DNA of 63,292 nucleotides, counting the filler. It is 4 parts of 4 records of this genome, joined end to end, with 100 filler letters (N's around TTAATTAATTAA, not from the genome) between each part and the next. Parts side by side here need not be neighbours in the genome. Positions count along the whole stretch, not along the records: positions 54,817 to 63,292 come from DRR378314_1254; 3 more parts are not named here. The stretch is one strand, 5' to 3'. This document shows, one piece after another, positions 54,717 through 63,292 of the stretch. A program made the position numbers and the translations under genes. Each line of letters starts with the position of its first letter. Position 1 is the first letter of the stretch. A model generated the notes under the pieces. The model was not told the origin of the DNA and ran no database searches. It worked only from the letters and a program-made list of their open reading frames with translations.

Positions 54717-54816
54717 NNNNNNNNNNNNNNNNNNNNNNNNNNNNNNNNNNNNNNNNNNNNTTAATTAATTAANNNNNNNNNNNNNNNNNNNNNNNNNNNN
54801 NNNNNNNNNNNNNNNN
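54717..54816. other. Artificial contig linker
   Basis: N-run with TTAATTAATTAA. Confidence 0.98.
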
Positions 54817-54858
54817 TAACTGTTCACTATTAACTATTAACTGCTCTCAACGAAGCCT

Positions 54859-55479
54859 CTAGCTAAGCGGAATATCCCTATCGCTCGCCTTAATGATCTC
54901 CCCTTTCAGGTCCTCATACGTTTGTACTGAGGGGAATTGGGGGAATTCGGCGATGACGTTGTCGGGGGCGTGGAACAGGATGCCCTGGTCCGCTTCGCTG
55001 AGCATGGTGGTGTCGTTGTAGGAGTCGCCGGCGGCGATGATGCGGTAGTTGAGGGTGTGCAGGGCTTTCACCGAGGCGCGCTTGGGGTCTTTCTGGCGCA
55101 GGATGTAGTCGGTGATGCGGCCGTTGTCGTCCACCGCCAGGCGGTGGCACAGCAGGGTCGGCGAGCCGAGCTTGCGCATCAGCGGGCGGGCGAACTCATA
55201 GAAGGTGTCCGAGAGGATGATCAGCTGGAAATGCTCGCGGGCCCACTCGACGAACTCCACCGCGCCGTCCAGCGGGTCCAGGGTGTCGATCACCTTCTGG
55301 ATGTCCGGCAGGCCGTAGCCGTGCTGGTCGAGGATGCCGAGCCGCATTTTCATCAGCTCGTCGTAGTCGGGAATGTCCCGGGTGGTGGCGCGCAGCTCGT
55401 CGATACCGGTGCGCTCGGCGAAGTTGATCCAGATTTCCGGAATCAGCACCCCTTCCAAATCGAGACAAAGCAATTCCAC
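54859..55479 (-). CDS. thrH: Phosphoserine phosphatase/homoserine phosphotransferase ThrH
   Basis: CLDLEGVL.PEIW, ATTRDIPDYD, LSDTFYEF, AAGDSYNDT. Confidence 0.93.
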   Translation of the reverse strand: MELLCLDLEGVLIPEIWINFAERTGIDELRATTRDIPDYDELMKMRLGILDQHGYGLPDIQKVIDTLDPLDGAVEFVEWAREHFQLIILSDTFYEFARPLMRKLGSPTLLCHRLAVDDNGRITDYILRQKDPKRASVKALHTLNYRIIAAGDSYNDTTMLSEADQGILFHAPDNVIAEFPQFPSVQTYEDLKGEIIKASDRDIPLS

Positions 55480-55564
55480 GATGATCCCCTAGGTCGTTGA
55501 AGGCGGGCACAATGTAGCCGCGCGCCCGGCGCTTTGCAACGGCCAGGGGCCGCCGCCGGGCGCG

Positions 55565-56569
<1,005 letters not shown>

Positions 56570-56657
56570 TTACGCGGAGTTATAAGAATAGCCGAAATTA
56601 TGCATTCCAAGCATAGAGGCAAGCAAAGACGCTGGCAACGGGAAGCCGGCGGGTGTG

Positions 56658-57572
56658 TCAGGCGTCTTGCGGACGCGGATTGGAAATGCCGTGGGGCACA
56701 TGGCCGGCGGCCACGTGTTCCCGGGCGGACTCGCAATGGCCCTGCTGGTCGTCGAAGAACACATCGGCGCCGAACGCTTTCAGGAAGGGCCCTTTCGGCA
56801 GCCCGCCCAGGAACAGGCTTTCATCCAGGCGGATGCCCCAGCCGCGCAGGGTGCGCACCACCCGTTCATGGGCCGGCGCCGAGCGGGCGGTGACCAGCGC
56901 GGTGCGGATCGGGCAGCGTTGCGGGTGGAATTCCCGCTGAATCTGGTGCAACGCCTCGAGAAACCCCTTGAACGGACCGTCGCTGAGCGGTTGCCGGGCG
57001 GCCTGCTTCTCGCTGGCGGTGAAGGCTTCCAGCCCGCTGCTCTGGAACACCTGCTCGGATTCATCGGAGAACAGCACCGCGTCGCCGTCGAAGGCGATAC
57101 GCAGCAGGTCGTCCTTATGTTGCAGCCCGGCGCCGGAAAGAATGGTGGCGGCGGCGTAGCCGGCATCCAGCACCTGGCGCACATCCTCCGGGTCGGTGGA
57201 CAGGAACAGATGCGCGCCGAACGCGGACACATAGCGGTGCGGACTTTCGCCGCCGGCGAACGCCGCGCGGGTGATCGGCAGCCGGTAGTGCTCGATGGAG
57301 TTGAACACGCGCAGACCGGTATCGGAGCTGTTGCGCGACAGCAGGATCACCTCGACCCGGCCGGCGCCCTCTTCCAGCTCGTTGATGGCCAGCAGTTTGG
57401 TCACCAGTGGAAAGGCGTCGCCCGGCGGCAGCACATCGTCCTCATGGGCGATCTGATAATCCTGGAAGGCGTCCAGGCCTTCCTTCTCGAACACCCGGTG
57501 GCTGTCGCTGAGATCGAACAGGGCCCGAGAGCTGATCGCCACCACCAATTTTCCGTCAAAGGACGCCGGCAT
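56658..57572 (-). CDS. 5'-nucleotidase (cN-I-like)
   Basis: VAISSRALF, LLSRNS, RIAFDGDAVLF, VTARSAP, FFDDQ. Confidence 0.9.
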   Translation of the reverse strand: MPASFDGKLVVAISSRALFDLSDSHRVFEKEGLDAFQDYQIAHEDDVLPPGDAFPLVTKLLAINELEEGAGRVEVILLSRNSSDTGLRVFNSIEHYRLPITRAAFAGGESPHRYVSAFGAHLFLSTDPEDVRQVLDAGYAAATILSGAGLQHKDDLLRIAFDGDAVLFSDESEQVFQSSGLEAFTASEKQAARQPLSDGPFKGFLEALHQIQREFHPQRCPIRTALVTARSAPAHERVVRTLRGWGIRLDESLFLGGLPKGPFLKAFGADVFFDDQQGHCESAREHVAAGHVPHGISNPRPQDA

Positions 57573-57779
57573 AGCCCACCCTTTTTCCACTGTCATTCAA
57601 TTGGGCGCAGTATCACCGCTGACCGGTAAAACCACAACACGACCACCGTGTTACAGGAATTGACCAGAAAGCCTGCAAAGCCAACCCCCTTGGCGGTTGT
57701 CCAGCTTAAAAATGTGACATACAGTTTCCTGGACGTCCGCACCGCGGACCCAAATCAGCACGGGGAAAGGGAGTCATCC

Positions 57780-58433
57780 ATGGCCGTTAATAAGGTAAGA
57801 GGTCGTCTCGACGAACTGCAGGCGCAGATTCGCAAGCTCGCCGAGCGCTTTGATAATGAACGCGACAAGCAGATCGCCCAGCTTGAATCTCAGCTCGATA
57901 AGGCCCGCCAACGGGTCAACGAAGAGATGAAGCGACGCCGCGACAGCCTCAACCGGCTGGAGAAACTGCAGAACGAGTACCGGGACAAAGCCAACGCCAC
58001 GGTGCAGCGCCAGCTCGACCGCGCCCGCAAGGCCGTGGACGACGCCCGCAAACGGGTGGACGACTCCGAAGCCCGCAAGCGCTTTCTGGAAACCGAAGTG
58101 AAGGTGCTCAAGGCCACTGCCAAACAGGCCAACAGCCTGGCCAAGGTGATCAACCAGTACCAGAAGGATCTGGAGAAGCGCGCCAAGGACATCGAGAAGC
58201 GGGTCAGCCCTTCCGCCCGCAAGGCACCGGCCAAGAAAGCCGCCGCCAAGAAAAGCGCGGCTAAAAAGAGCCCCGCCAAGAAAGCCGCGGCCAAGAAAAG
58301 CACCGCGAAAAAGAGCGCCGCCAAAAAGAGCGCGGTGAAGAAAGCCCCGGCCAAGAAGAAGGCGGCCCGCAAGGCGCCCGCCAAAAAGGCGGCGAGCTCC
58401 GGAGACTCCGGCGGCGCCACCCCCTCAAGCTGA
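57780..58433 (+). CDS. Coiled-coil protein with histone H1-like Lys/Ala tail
   Basis: GGAG RBS, long charged helical N-region, C-terminal KAPAKKAAAKKSAAKK repeats. Confidence 0.75.
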   Translation: MAVNKVRGRLDELQAQIRKLAERFDNERDKQIAQLESQLDKARQRVNEEMKRRRDSLNRLEKLQNEYRDKANATVQRQLDRARKAVDDARKRVDDSEARKRFLETEVKVLKATAKQANSLAKVINQYQKDLEKRAKDIEKRVSPSARKAPAKKAAAKKSAAKKSPAKKAAAKKSTAKKSAAKKSAVKKAPAKKKAARKAPAKKAASSGDSGGATPSS

Positions 58434-58438
58434 ACGCA

Positions 58439-58470
58439 AAGCGGCCCGGGCATCACCACCCGGGCCGCTT
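58439..58470. terminator. Hairpin between convergent genes (probable bidirectional terminator)
   Basis: AAGCGGCCCGGG-N8-CCCGGGCCGCTT. Confidence 0.65.
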
Positions 58471-58493
58471 CGCTTCACGCCGGCTGAACAGGG

Positions 58494-59162
58494 TTACGGC
58501 TGCAGCAGCAGCGACTCGAAATACGCCACCACCGGTTTCTGGTGGGATTTTTCCATCGCCGGAATGCCCTTCTCCACCGAGGACGCGGACGCCTTCTTGA
58601 TGGTGGCGCGGGCACCGGACACCAGCCCGCGATTGATACGGCCCAGCTCCAGATTGCCCACGGTTTTGTCGAGATAGTTCTCGATGGCGCCGGCGCTGAT
58701 GCCGTCCATCACTTCCACCAGGCGCGGCATCTGGCCGTTGCCGTCGGCGAATTCCTGGAACACCAGCGAGGCACGCTCGGCCAGCGCCGGCGACAGCGGG
58801 TAACCGATGTAGACCTGACCGTCCTTCTCCAGCCGCAGGTTGCGGAAGTGCTCGGCCAGCGCGCGCTGCTCTTCAACGCTGGTCTTGCGCATCAGGCGCC
58901 CGGCCAGGCCGTGGGCGGCTTTACTGATGACCTTCATGGCACCAAGGATCACGTTCACCGCGGTGCCCTTGGCGTTGACCGCGTCGATGGGCCCGGTGAA
59001 GTAGGTGTGCAGCACTTCGTCGAGGAAGGGATCCATGATCGCTTCCAGTTCCTGCACATGGTTGCTGTCCGGTTCTTCGCGGGTAATTTCCAGGAAGGCG
59101 TCGATCCGGTCGCGCAACTCGTCGGAGGCCGGAAAGGCCACGTAAAGGGTGGGTTGGCTCAT
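58494..59162 (-). CDS. Hypothetical protein with internal two-fold repeat
   Basis: 222-aa ORF with typical high-GC codon pattern; the two halves resemble each other. Confidence 0.7.
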   Translation of the reverse strand: MSQPTLYVAFPASDELRDRIDAFLEITREEPDSNHVQELEAIMDPFLDEVLHTYFTGPIDAVNAKGTAVNVILGAMKVISKAAHGLAGRLMRKTSVEEQRALAEHFRNLRLEKDGQVYIGYPLSPALAERASLVFQEFADGNGQMPRLVEVMDGISAGAIENYLDKTVGNLELGRINRGLVSGARATIKKASASSVEKGIPAMEKSHQKPVVAYFESLLLQP

Positions 59163-59276
59163 AATTATCGGCTCGGCTTACTGCGATTCAGAAGCCGCGG
59201 ATGATAATTCAAGCCCGCGCCGGAAACGTCCGCCTTCGCGACTGCGGGCCTTGTCTGTGGGGTCAGTCGAAGCGGA

Positions 59277-59729
59277 TCAGACGGCGACCCGTGCACGCCA
59301 GGCGTCCAGCACGCCGGCCAGGCGCTCGGCGGCGGCACGCACCGCCGCGCCCTGCTCTTCCTCCAGGCGCAGCCGCGCCACGTCCTGACGGTTGCGCTCC
59401 GCCGGCGCCAGCTCGCGGCGCTGCTCGCCGCGGGTGAAGTGACCACAGTCTTCCGCCAGACGGTGGATCGCCGCCAGATCCACTTTCGGCTCAATGCCCT
59501 GGGGCAGGCAGTCCAGCAGCACGCTGATGCGGATGCTGGCCTCGGCGCTGTCCACTTGTTCCTGCAGCAGGGCGCGGCAGAGAATGCTCAGGTTCTCCAG
59601 CACGTCGAGATGCCGGGCGGCCTGCCGGCGCCGCTCTTCACGTTTGCGCGAAGCCCGCAGGATCAACATCCCCAGCAGCGCGCCTATGGCGAGCCCCATG
59701 AGGGCCACGAGTACCAACTTCCAAGCCAT
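59277..59729 (-). CDS. DUF2489 family protein
   Basis: N-terminal TM, LSIL.RALLQEQV...EASIRI..LL, R..QD..RL.LE motifs. Confidence 0.7.
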   Translation of the reverse strand: MAWKLVLVALMGLAIGALLGMLILRASRKREERRRQAARHLDVLENLSILCRALLQEQVDSAEASIRISVLLDCLPQGIEPKVDLAAIHRLAEDCGHFTRGEQRRELAPAERNRQDVARLRLEEEQGAAVRAAAERLAGVLDAWRARVAV

Positions 59730-59843
59730 GCCGGTGCATCCTTAAAGCGATTGATTTGCGACCTACAAGCCACCATTGTACGGCACGTGGCATCAGCAAC
59801 CCATGAACACCACCGCAACGCCGCCCACGGAGAGGCAACGCCT

Positions 59844-60284
59844 TTGGATCTGAACCTCCAGCGCGACTGGCAACCCCTGCTCGAACAGCTCCAGCCCCTG
59901 CTGCCGATTCTCACCGTCACCGGCGTGGTGATGGCCGTGGCGTCGATGCTGGCGATTCCCTGGCTGCTGGTGCGCATGCCCCAGGATTACTTCAACACCC
60001 CCAGCCGGCCGCTCCATTACCGGGGCCCGCTGGGCTGGTGCCTCTGGCTGGTGCGCAACGCCCTGGCGCTGGTGCTGCTGGCCGCCGGCATCCTGATGCT
60101 GGTGCTGCCCGGCCAGGGCATTCTGACCATTCTGATCGCGCTGATGGTCAGCACTTTTCCGGGGAAATACCGCATGGAACGCGCTATCATGCGCCGCCCG
60201 AGGGTGCTGCGCGCGGCCAACTGGATTCGCCGCCGCTACCACAAGCCCGAGCTCAACCCACCCCGCGACACCGAGAGGCCCTGA
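59844..60284 (+). CDS. PGPGW-like domain membrane protein
   Basis: GGAG RBS then TTG; MP.DYF, GILMLVLPGQGILTIL, FPGKY. Confidence 0.7.
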   Translation: MDLNLQRDWQPLLEQLQPLLPILTVTGVVMAVASMLAIPWLLVRMPQDYFNTPSRPLHYRGPLGWCLWLVRNALALVLLAAGILMLVLPGQGILTILIALMVSTFPGKYRMERAIMRRPRVLRAANWIRRRYHKPELNPPRDTERP

Positions 60285-61328
60285 ATGCCCATTGATAGTC
60301 CCGCCATCCGCTGGCTCGACGATCATTTGCTGCTGCTGGATCAACGCCATCTGCCGTTACGCACCGAGTGGCTGGCGATCCACGACGCCGCCGGCGCCGC
60401 CGGCGCGATCCGCGACATGGCGGTACGCGGCGCCCCGGCGATCGGCATCACCGCCGCCTACGGCCTGGCGCTGGAAGCCCTGGGCCTGGGCCGGCGCGCG
60501 TCCCTGGAAACACTGCGCCCGGCGCTGGAAACCCTGGCCGCCAGCCGCCCCACCGCGGTCAATCTGTTCTGGGCCCTGGAGCGCCTGCAGCGGCTCGGCG
60601 CCGACCTGGAAGGCGAGGCCCTGGGCCGCCGCCTGGCCCGCGAAGCGGAGAGCATTCACCAGGACGACCAGGCCGCCAATCTGCGCCTGGGCGAACTGGG
60701 CGCCGCCCTGCTGCCCCACGACGCCCGCGTCTATACCCACTGCAACACCGGCGCGCTGGCCACCGGCGGCCACGGCACCGCCCTGGGCATCATCCGCTCC
60801 GCCTGGCGCGGCGGCCATCTGCGCGAGGTGATCGCCGGCGAGACCCGCCCCTGGCTGCAGGGCGCCCGGCTCACCACCTGGGAGCTGATGCAGGAAAACA
60901 TTCCCGTCACCCTGGTGGCGGACAGCGCCGCCGGCATGTTGATGGCGGCGGGCCGCGTCGATGCGGTGGTGGTGGGCGCGGACCGCATCGCCGCCAACGG
61001 CGACACCGCCAACAAGATCGGCACCTACGGGCTCGCCGTGCTGGCCCGTCACCACGGTCTGCCGTTCATCGTCGCGGCGCCGGACTCCACCCTCGACCCG
61101 GCCATGGCCGACGGCAGTGGCATCGTCATCGAGGAGCGCGCGGCCGACGAAGTGCGCCAGGTGGGCGGCCAGCCTCTGGCGCCGGAGCACTGCCCGGTGT
61201 ACAACCCGGCGTTCGATTTGACGCCGGCGTCGTTGATCACCGCCATTGTCACCGAGAGCGGCGTGGTGCACTCGCCGGACGCGGCCAGCGTCGCCGAGCA
61301 TCTGTCACGCCTGAACCGGAGGTCCTGA
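60285..61328 (+). CDS. mtnA: Methylthioribose-1-phosphate isomerase
   Basis: LDQR.LP, VRGAPAIG, SRPTAVNL, THCNTG, ETRP.LQG, GADRIAANGD.ANKIGT. Confidence 0.95.
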   Translation: MPIDSPAIRWLDDHLLLLDQRHLPLRTEWLAIHDAAGAAGAIRDMAVRGAPAIGITAAYGLALEALGLGRRASLETLRPALETLAASRPTAVNLFWALERLQRLGADLEGEALGRRLAREAESIHQDDQAANLRLGELGAALLPHDARVYTHCNTGALATGGHGTALGIIRSAWRGGHLREVIAGETRPWLQGARLTTWELMQENIPVTLVADSAAGMLMAAGRVDAVVVGADRIAANGDTANKIGTYGLAVLARHHGLPFIVAAPDSTLDPAMADGSGIVIEERAADEVRQVGGQPLAPEHCPVYNPAFDLTPASLITAIVTESGVVHSPDAASVAEHLSRLNRRS

Positions 61329-61957
61329 TGAGTCACCGCCCCTACTCCACCAGCGCCTACCGGGAAGCGGCCCGCGCCCTGGCCGCCACCGGCCGCCGCA
61401 TCTACGGCCAGGGCTGGTCGCCGGCCACCAGCAGCAATTATTCGCTGCGCCTCAACGAGGACCACGCGGCGATCACCCGTTCCGGCCGCGACAAAGGCCT
61501 GCTGGAAGAGACCGACATCATGGTGGTGGACATGGAAGGCGCCGCCGTCGGCGACGGCAAGCCCTCCGCCGAGACCCTGCTGCACACCCAGCTCTACCGC
61601 CGGCTGCCGGACTGCGGCGCGGTGCTGCACACCCACAGCCACGCCTCCACGGTGCTCACCATGCACTGGCCCGCCGACCACATCACCCTGGAAGGCTACG
61701 AACTGCTCAAGGCCCTGGACGGCGTGCAAACCCATGACACGCGGCTTACCATTCCGGTGTTTGAAAACAGCCAGGACATCGCCGCGCTGGCGGCCGAGGT
61801 GGACCGGGCCATGGACGCCGGCGACGCCGGCCACGCCTACCTGATCCGCGGCCACGGCCTGTACACCTGGGCGGCGGACATCGGCGCCTGCTATCGCCAG
61901 CTGGAAGCGCTGGAAACCCTGCTGGCCGTGGAACTGGACCGGCGCCGCCTGGGCTGA
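61328..61957 (+). CDS. mtnB: Methylthioribulose-1-phosphate dehydratase
   Basis: GWSPATSSN, KPSAETLLH, LHTHS, GHGLYTW; ATG overlaps the mtnA stop. Confidence 0.93.
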   Translation: MSHRPYSTSAYREAARALAATGRRIYGQGWSPATSSNYSLRLNEDHAAITRSGRDKGLLEETDIMVVDMEGAAVGDGKPSAETLLHTQLYRRLPDCGAVLHTHSHASTVLTMHWPADHITLEGYELLKALDGVQTHDTRLTIPVFENSQDIAALAAEVDRAMDAGDAGHAYLIRGHGLYTWAADIGACYRQLEALETLLAVELDRRRLG

Positions 61958-61988
61958 TCGGCGGCGGCCCCCTGAGGAGGAAAACCCC

Positions 61989-62534
61989 ATGAGTAATTTG
62001 AAAGTGTTTCGCGACGGGCATCCCGAGCAACCCGAACAGATCATCAACGACAAGCTGGCCATGGCCGAGGAACTGGCCAAGGTGGGCATTCGCTACGAAC
62101 AATGGCAGGCCGTCGGCGCGCTCACCGAGCAACCCAGCCAGGAAGAAGTGCTGGACGTCTACCGCCGGGAAATCGACCGGCTGATCGACGAGGAAGGCTA
62201 CCAGAGCGTGGACGTGGTCAGCATGACCCCGGAGCACCCGCAAAAGCAGGCGGCGCGGGAAAAATTCCTCGAGGAACACAGCCACAGCGAAGACGAAGTG
62301 CGGTTCTTCGTCGACGGCCAGGGCCTGTTCAGCCTGCACATCGGCGAGCGCATCTACGAAGTGCTGTGCACCAAGGGCGACCTGATCTCGGTGCCGGCCA
62401 ACACCCCGCACTGGTTCGATATGGGGCCCAACCCCAACTTCACCGCCATCCGCTTGTTCAATAACCCGGAAGGCTGGGTCGCCAACTTCACCGGCAGCGA
62501 CATCGCCCAGCGGTTCAACCGTCTGGAGAATTGA
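61989..62534 (+). CDS. mtnD: Acireductone dioxygenase
   Basis: [31 protein letters not shown]. Confidence 0.94.
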   Translation: MSNLKVFRDGHPEQPEQIINDKLAMAEELAKVGIRYEQWQAVGALTEQPSQEEVLDVYRREIDRLIDEEGYQSVDVVSMTPEHPQKQAAREKFLEEHSHSEDEVRFFVDGQGLFSLHIGERIYEVLCTKGDLISVPANTPHWFDMGPNPNFTAIRLFNNPEGWVANFTGSDIAQRFNRLEN

Positions 62535-63217
62535 TGATCCGCGCCATTCTCACCGACATCGAAGGCACCACCAGCAGCATCCGCTTCGTCAAGGACGTGC
62601 TGTTCCCCTACGCCGCCGAACAGATGGGCGACTTTCTGGCGCGCCACTGGGACGACCCGGCGGTGGAGGAACAGGTGGCGGCGGCGCGGCGCGACAGCGG
62701 TGAAACCCTGGCCACGCCGGAACAGGCCGCCGCGCTGATGCGCGCCTGGATTGACGAGGACCGCAAAGCCACGCCGCTGAAAACGCTGCAGGGCATGATC
62801 TGGGAAAGCGGCTACCGCAACGGCGATTACCAGGCGCACCTTTATCCGGACGCCGCCCGGCGGCTGCGCGACTGGAACCACCAGGGCTTTCCGCTGTACG
62901 TCTACTCCTCCGGCTCGGTGGCCGCCCAGAAGCTGTTCTTCGGCTACTCGGAAGCTGGCGACCTGACGCCGCTGTTCCAGGGCTATTTCGACACCACCAG
63001 CGGCGGCAAGAAAGAAGCCGCCAGCTACCGGCGCATCAGCGAGGCGATCGGCCTGCCCGGCCACGAGATTCTGTTTCTCTCCGACGTGGAAGCCGAACTC
63101 GACGCCGCCCGCGAGGCCGGCCTGCACACCGTGCTGCTGGATCGGGACAACGCCCTGCCCGACGGTGCCCACCCCAGGGTTACCGACTTCGACGCCATCG
63201 ATCCCGCTTCCTTCTAG
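62531..63217 (+). CDS. mtnC: Enolase-phosphatase E1
   Basis: DIEGTT, DRK.TPLK.LQG.IW, VYSSGS, FLSD. Confidence 0.94.
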   Translation: MMIRAILTDIEGTTSSIRFVKDVLFPYAAEQMGDFLARHWDDPAVEEQVAAARRDSGETLATPEQAAALMRAWIDEDRKATPLKTLQGMIWESGYRNGDYQAHLYPDAARRLRDWNHQGFPLYVYSSGSVAAQKLFFGYSEAGDLTPLFQGYFDTTSGGKKEAASYRRISEAIGLPGHEILFLSDVEAELDAAREAGLHTVLLDRDNALPDGAHPRVTDFDAIDPASF

Positions 63218-63269
63218 CGCTCGGCGTTTAGCCCGGGGGGGTTCCCTCCAGAGGCTGTGTCAGGCCCTT

Positions 63270-63292
63270 GTGGGAGCGGGCCCTGCCCGCGA
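63270..63292 (+). repeat. GTRG-type REP element at the contig end
   Basis: GTGGGAGCGGGC-CCT-GCCCGCGA, matching the Pseudomonas-type REP pattern. Confidence 0.6.

Noticed and set aside
54817-54843. AT-rich TAACTGTTCACTATTAACTATTAACTG heptamer-like repeat
   Set aside because: Too short and at a contig edge to assign a function
60368-61327. Apparent 529-aa MtnB fusion
   Set aside because: Arg/Pro-rich shadow frame over mtnA; the real start is 61328

Overview
This window is not one genome. It is four contigs joined by artificial N-linkers containing TTAATTAATTAA (22680-22779, 39480-39579, 54717-54816). Contig 1 (1-22679) and contig 4 (54817-63292) come from a high-GC gammaproteobacterium, by inference Alcanivorax-like. 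Contig 1 carries ceramidase, OmpA, a frameshifted TSP3-repeat lipoprotein, MltF, M61 peptidase, HrpA, KAS III, an HvfABC/bufferin-type MNIO RiPP operon, VacJ, TerB-tal-dusA, gltX and tRNAs. Contig 4 carries thrH, cysB, 5'-nucleotidase, a histone-H1-like protein and mtnABDC. Contig 2 (22780-39479) is alphaproteobacterial: groEL end, an ECF sigma/anti-sigma/periplasmic metal-sensor module, a candidate anti-SD-loop small RNA, glycosyltransferases, thrS-infC (ATA start)-rpmI-rplT-pheST, lepA and tRNA-Ser. Contig 3 (39580-54716) is intron-rich eukaryotic DNA that the ORF track cannot resolve. I spliced four genes by hand: a small coiled-coil protein resembling the ArgRS N-terminal zipper, a Pet127 mitochondrial exonuclease, a compact chromodomain+SPOC protein, and the 3' part of an EML/EMAP-like WD40 gene. 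The most notable items are the 7-exon chromo-SPOC gene, the candidate sRNA and the MNIO RiPP cluster with EGKCG/EGSCG motifs. All family assignments come from motif recognition by eye; no database search was run.
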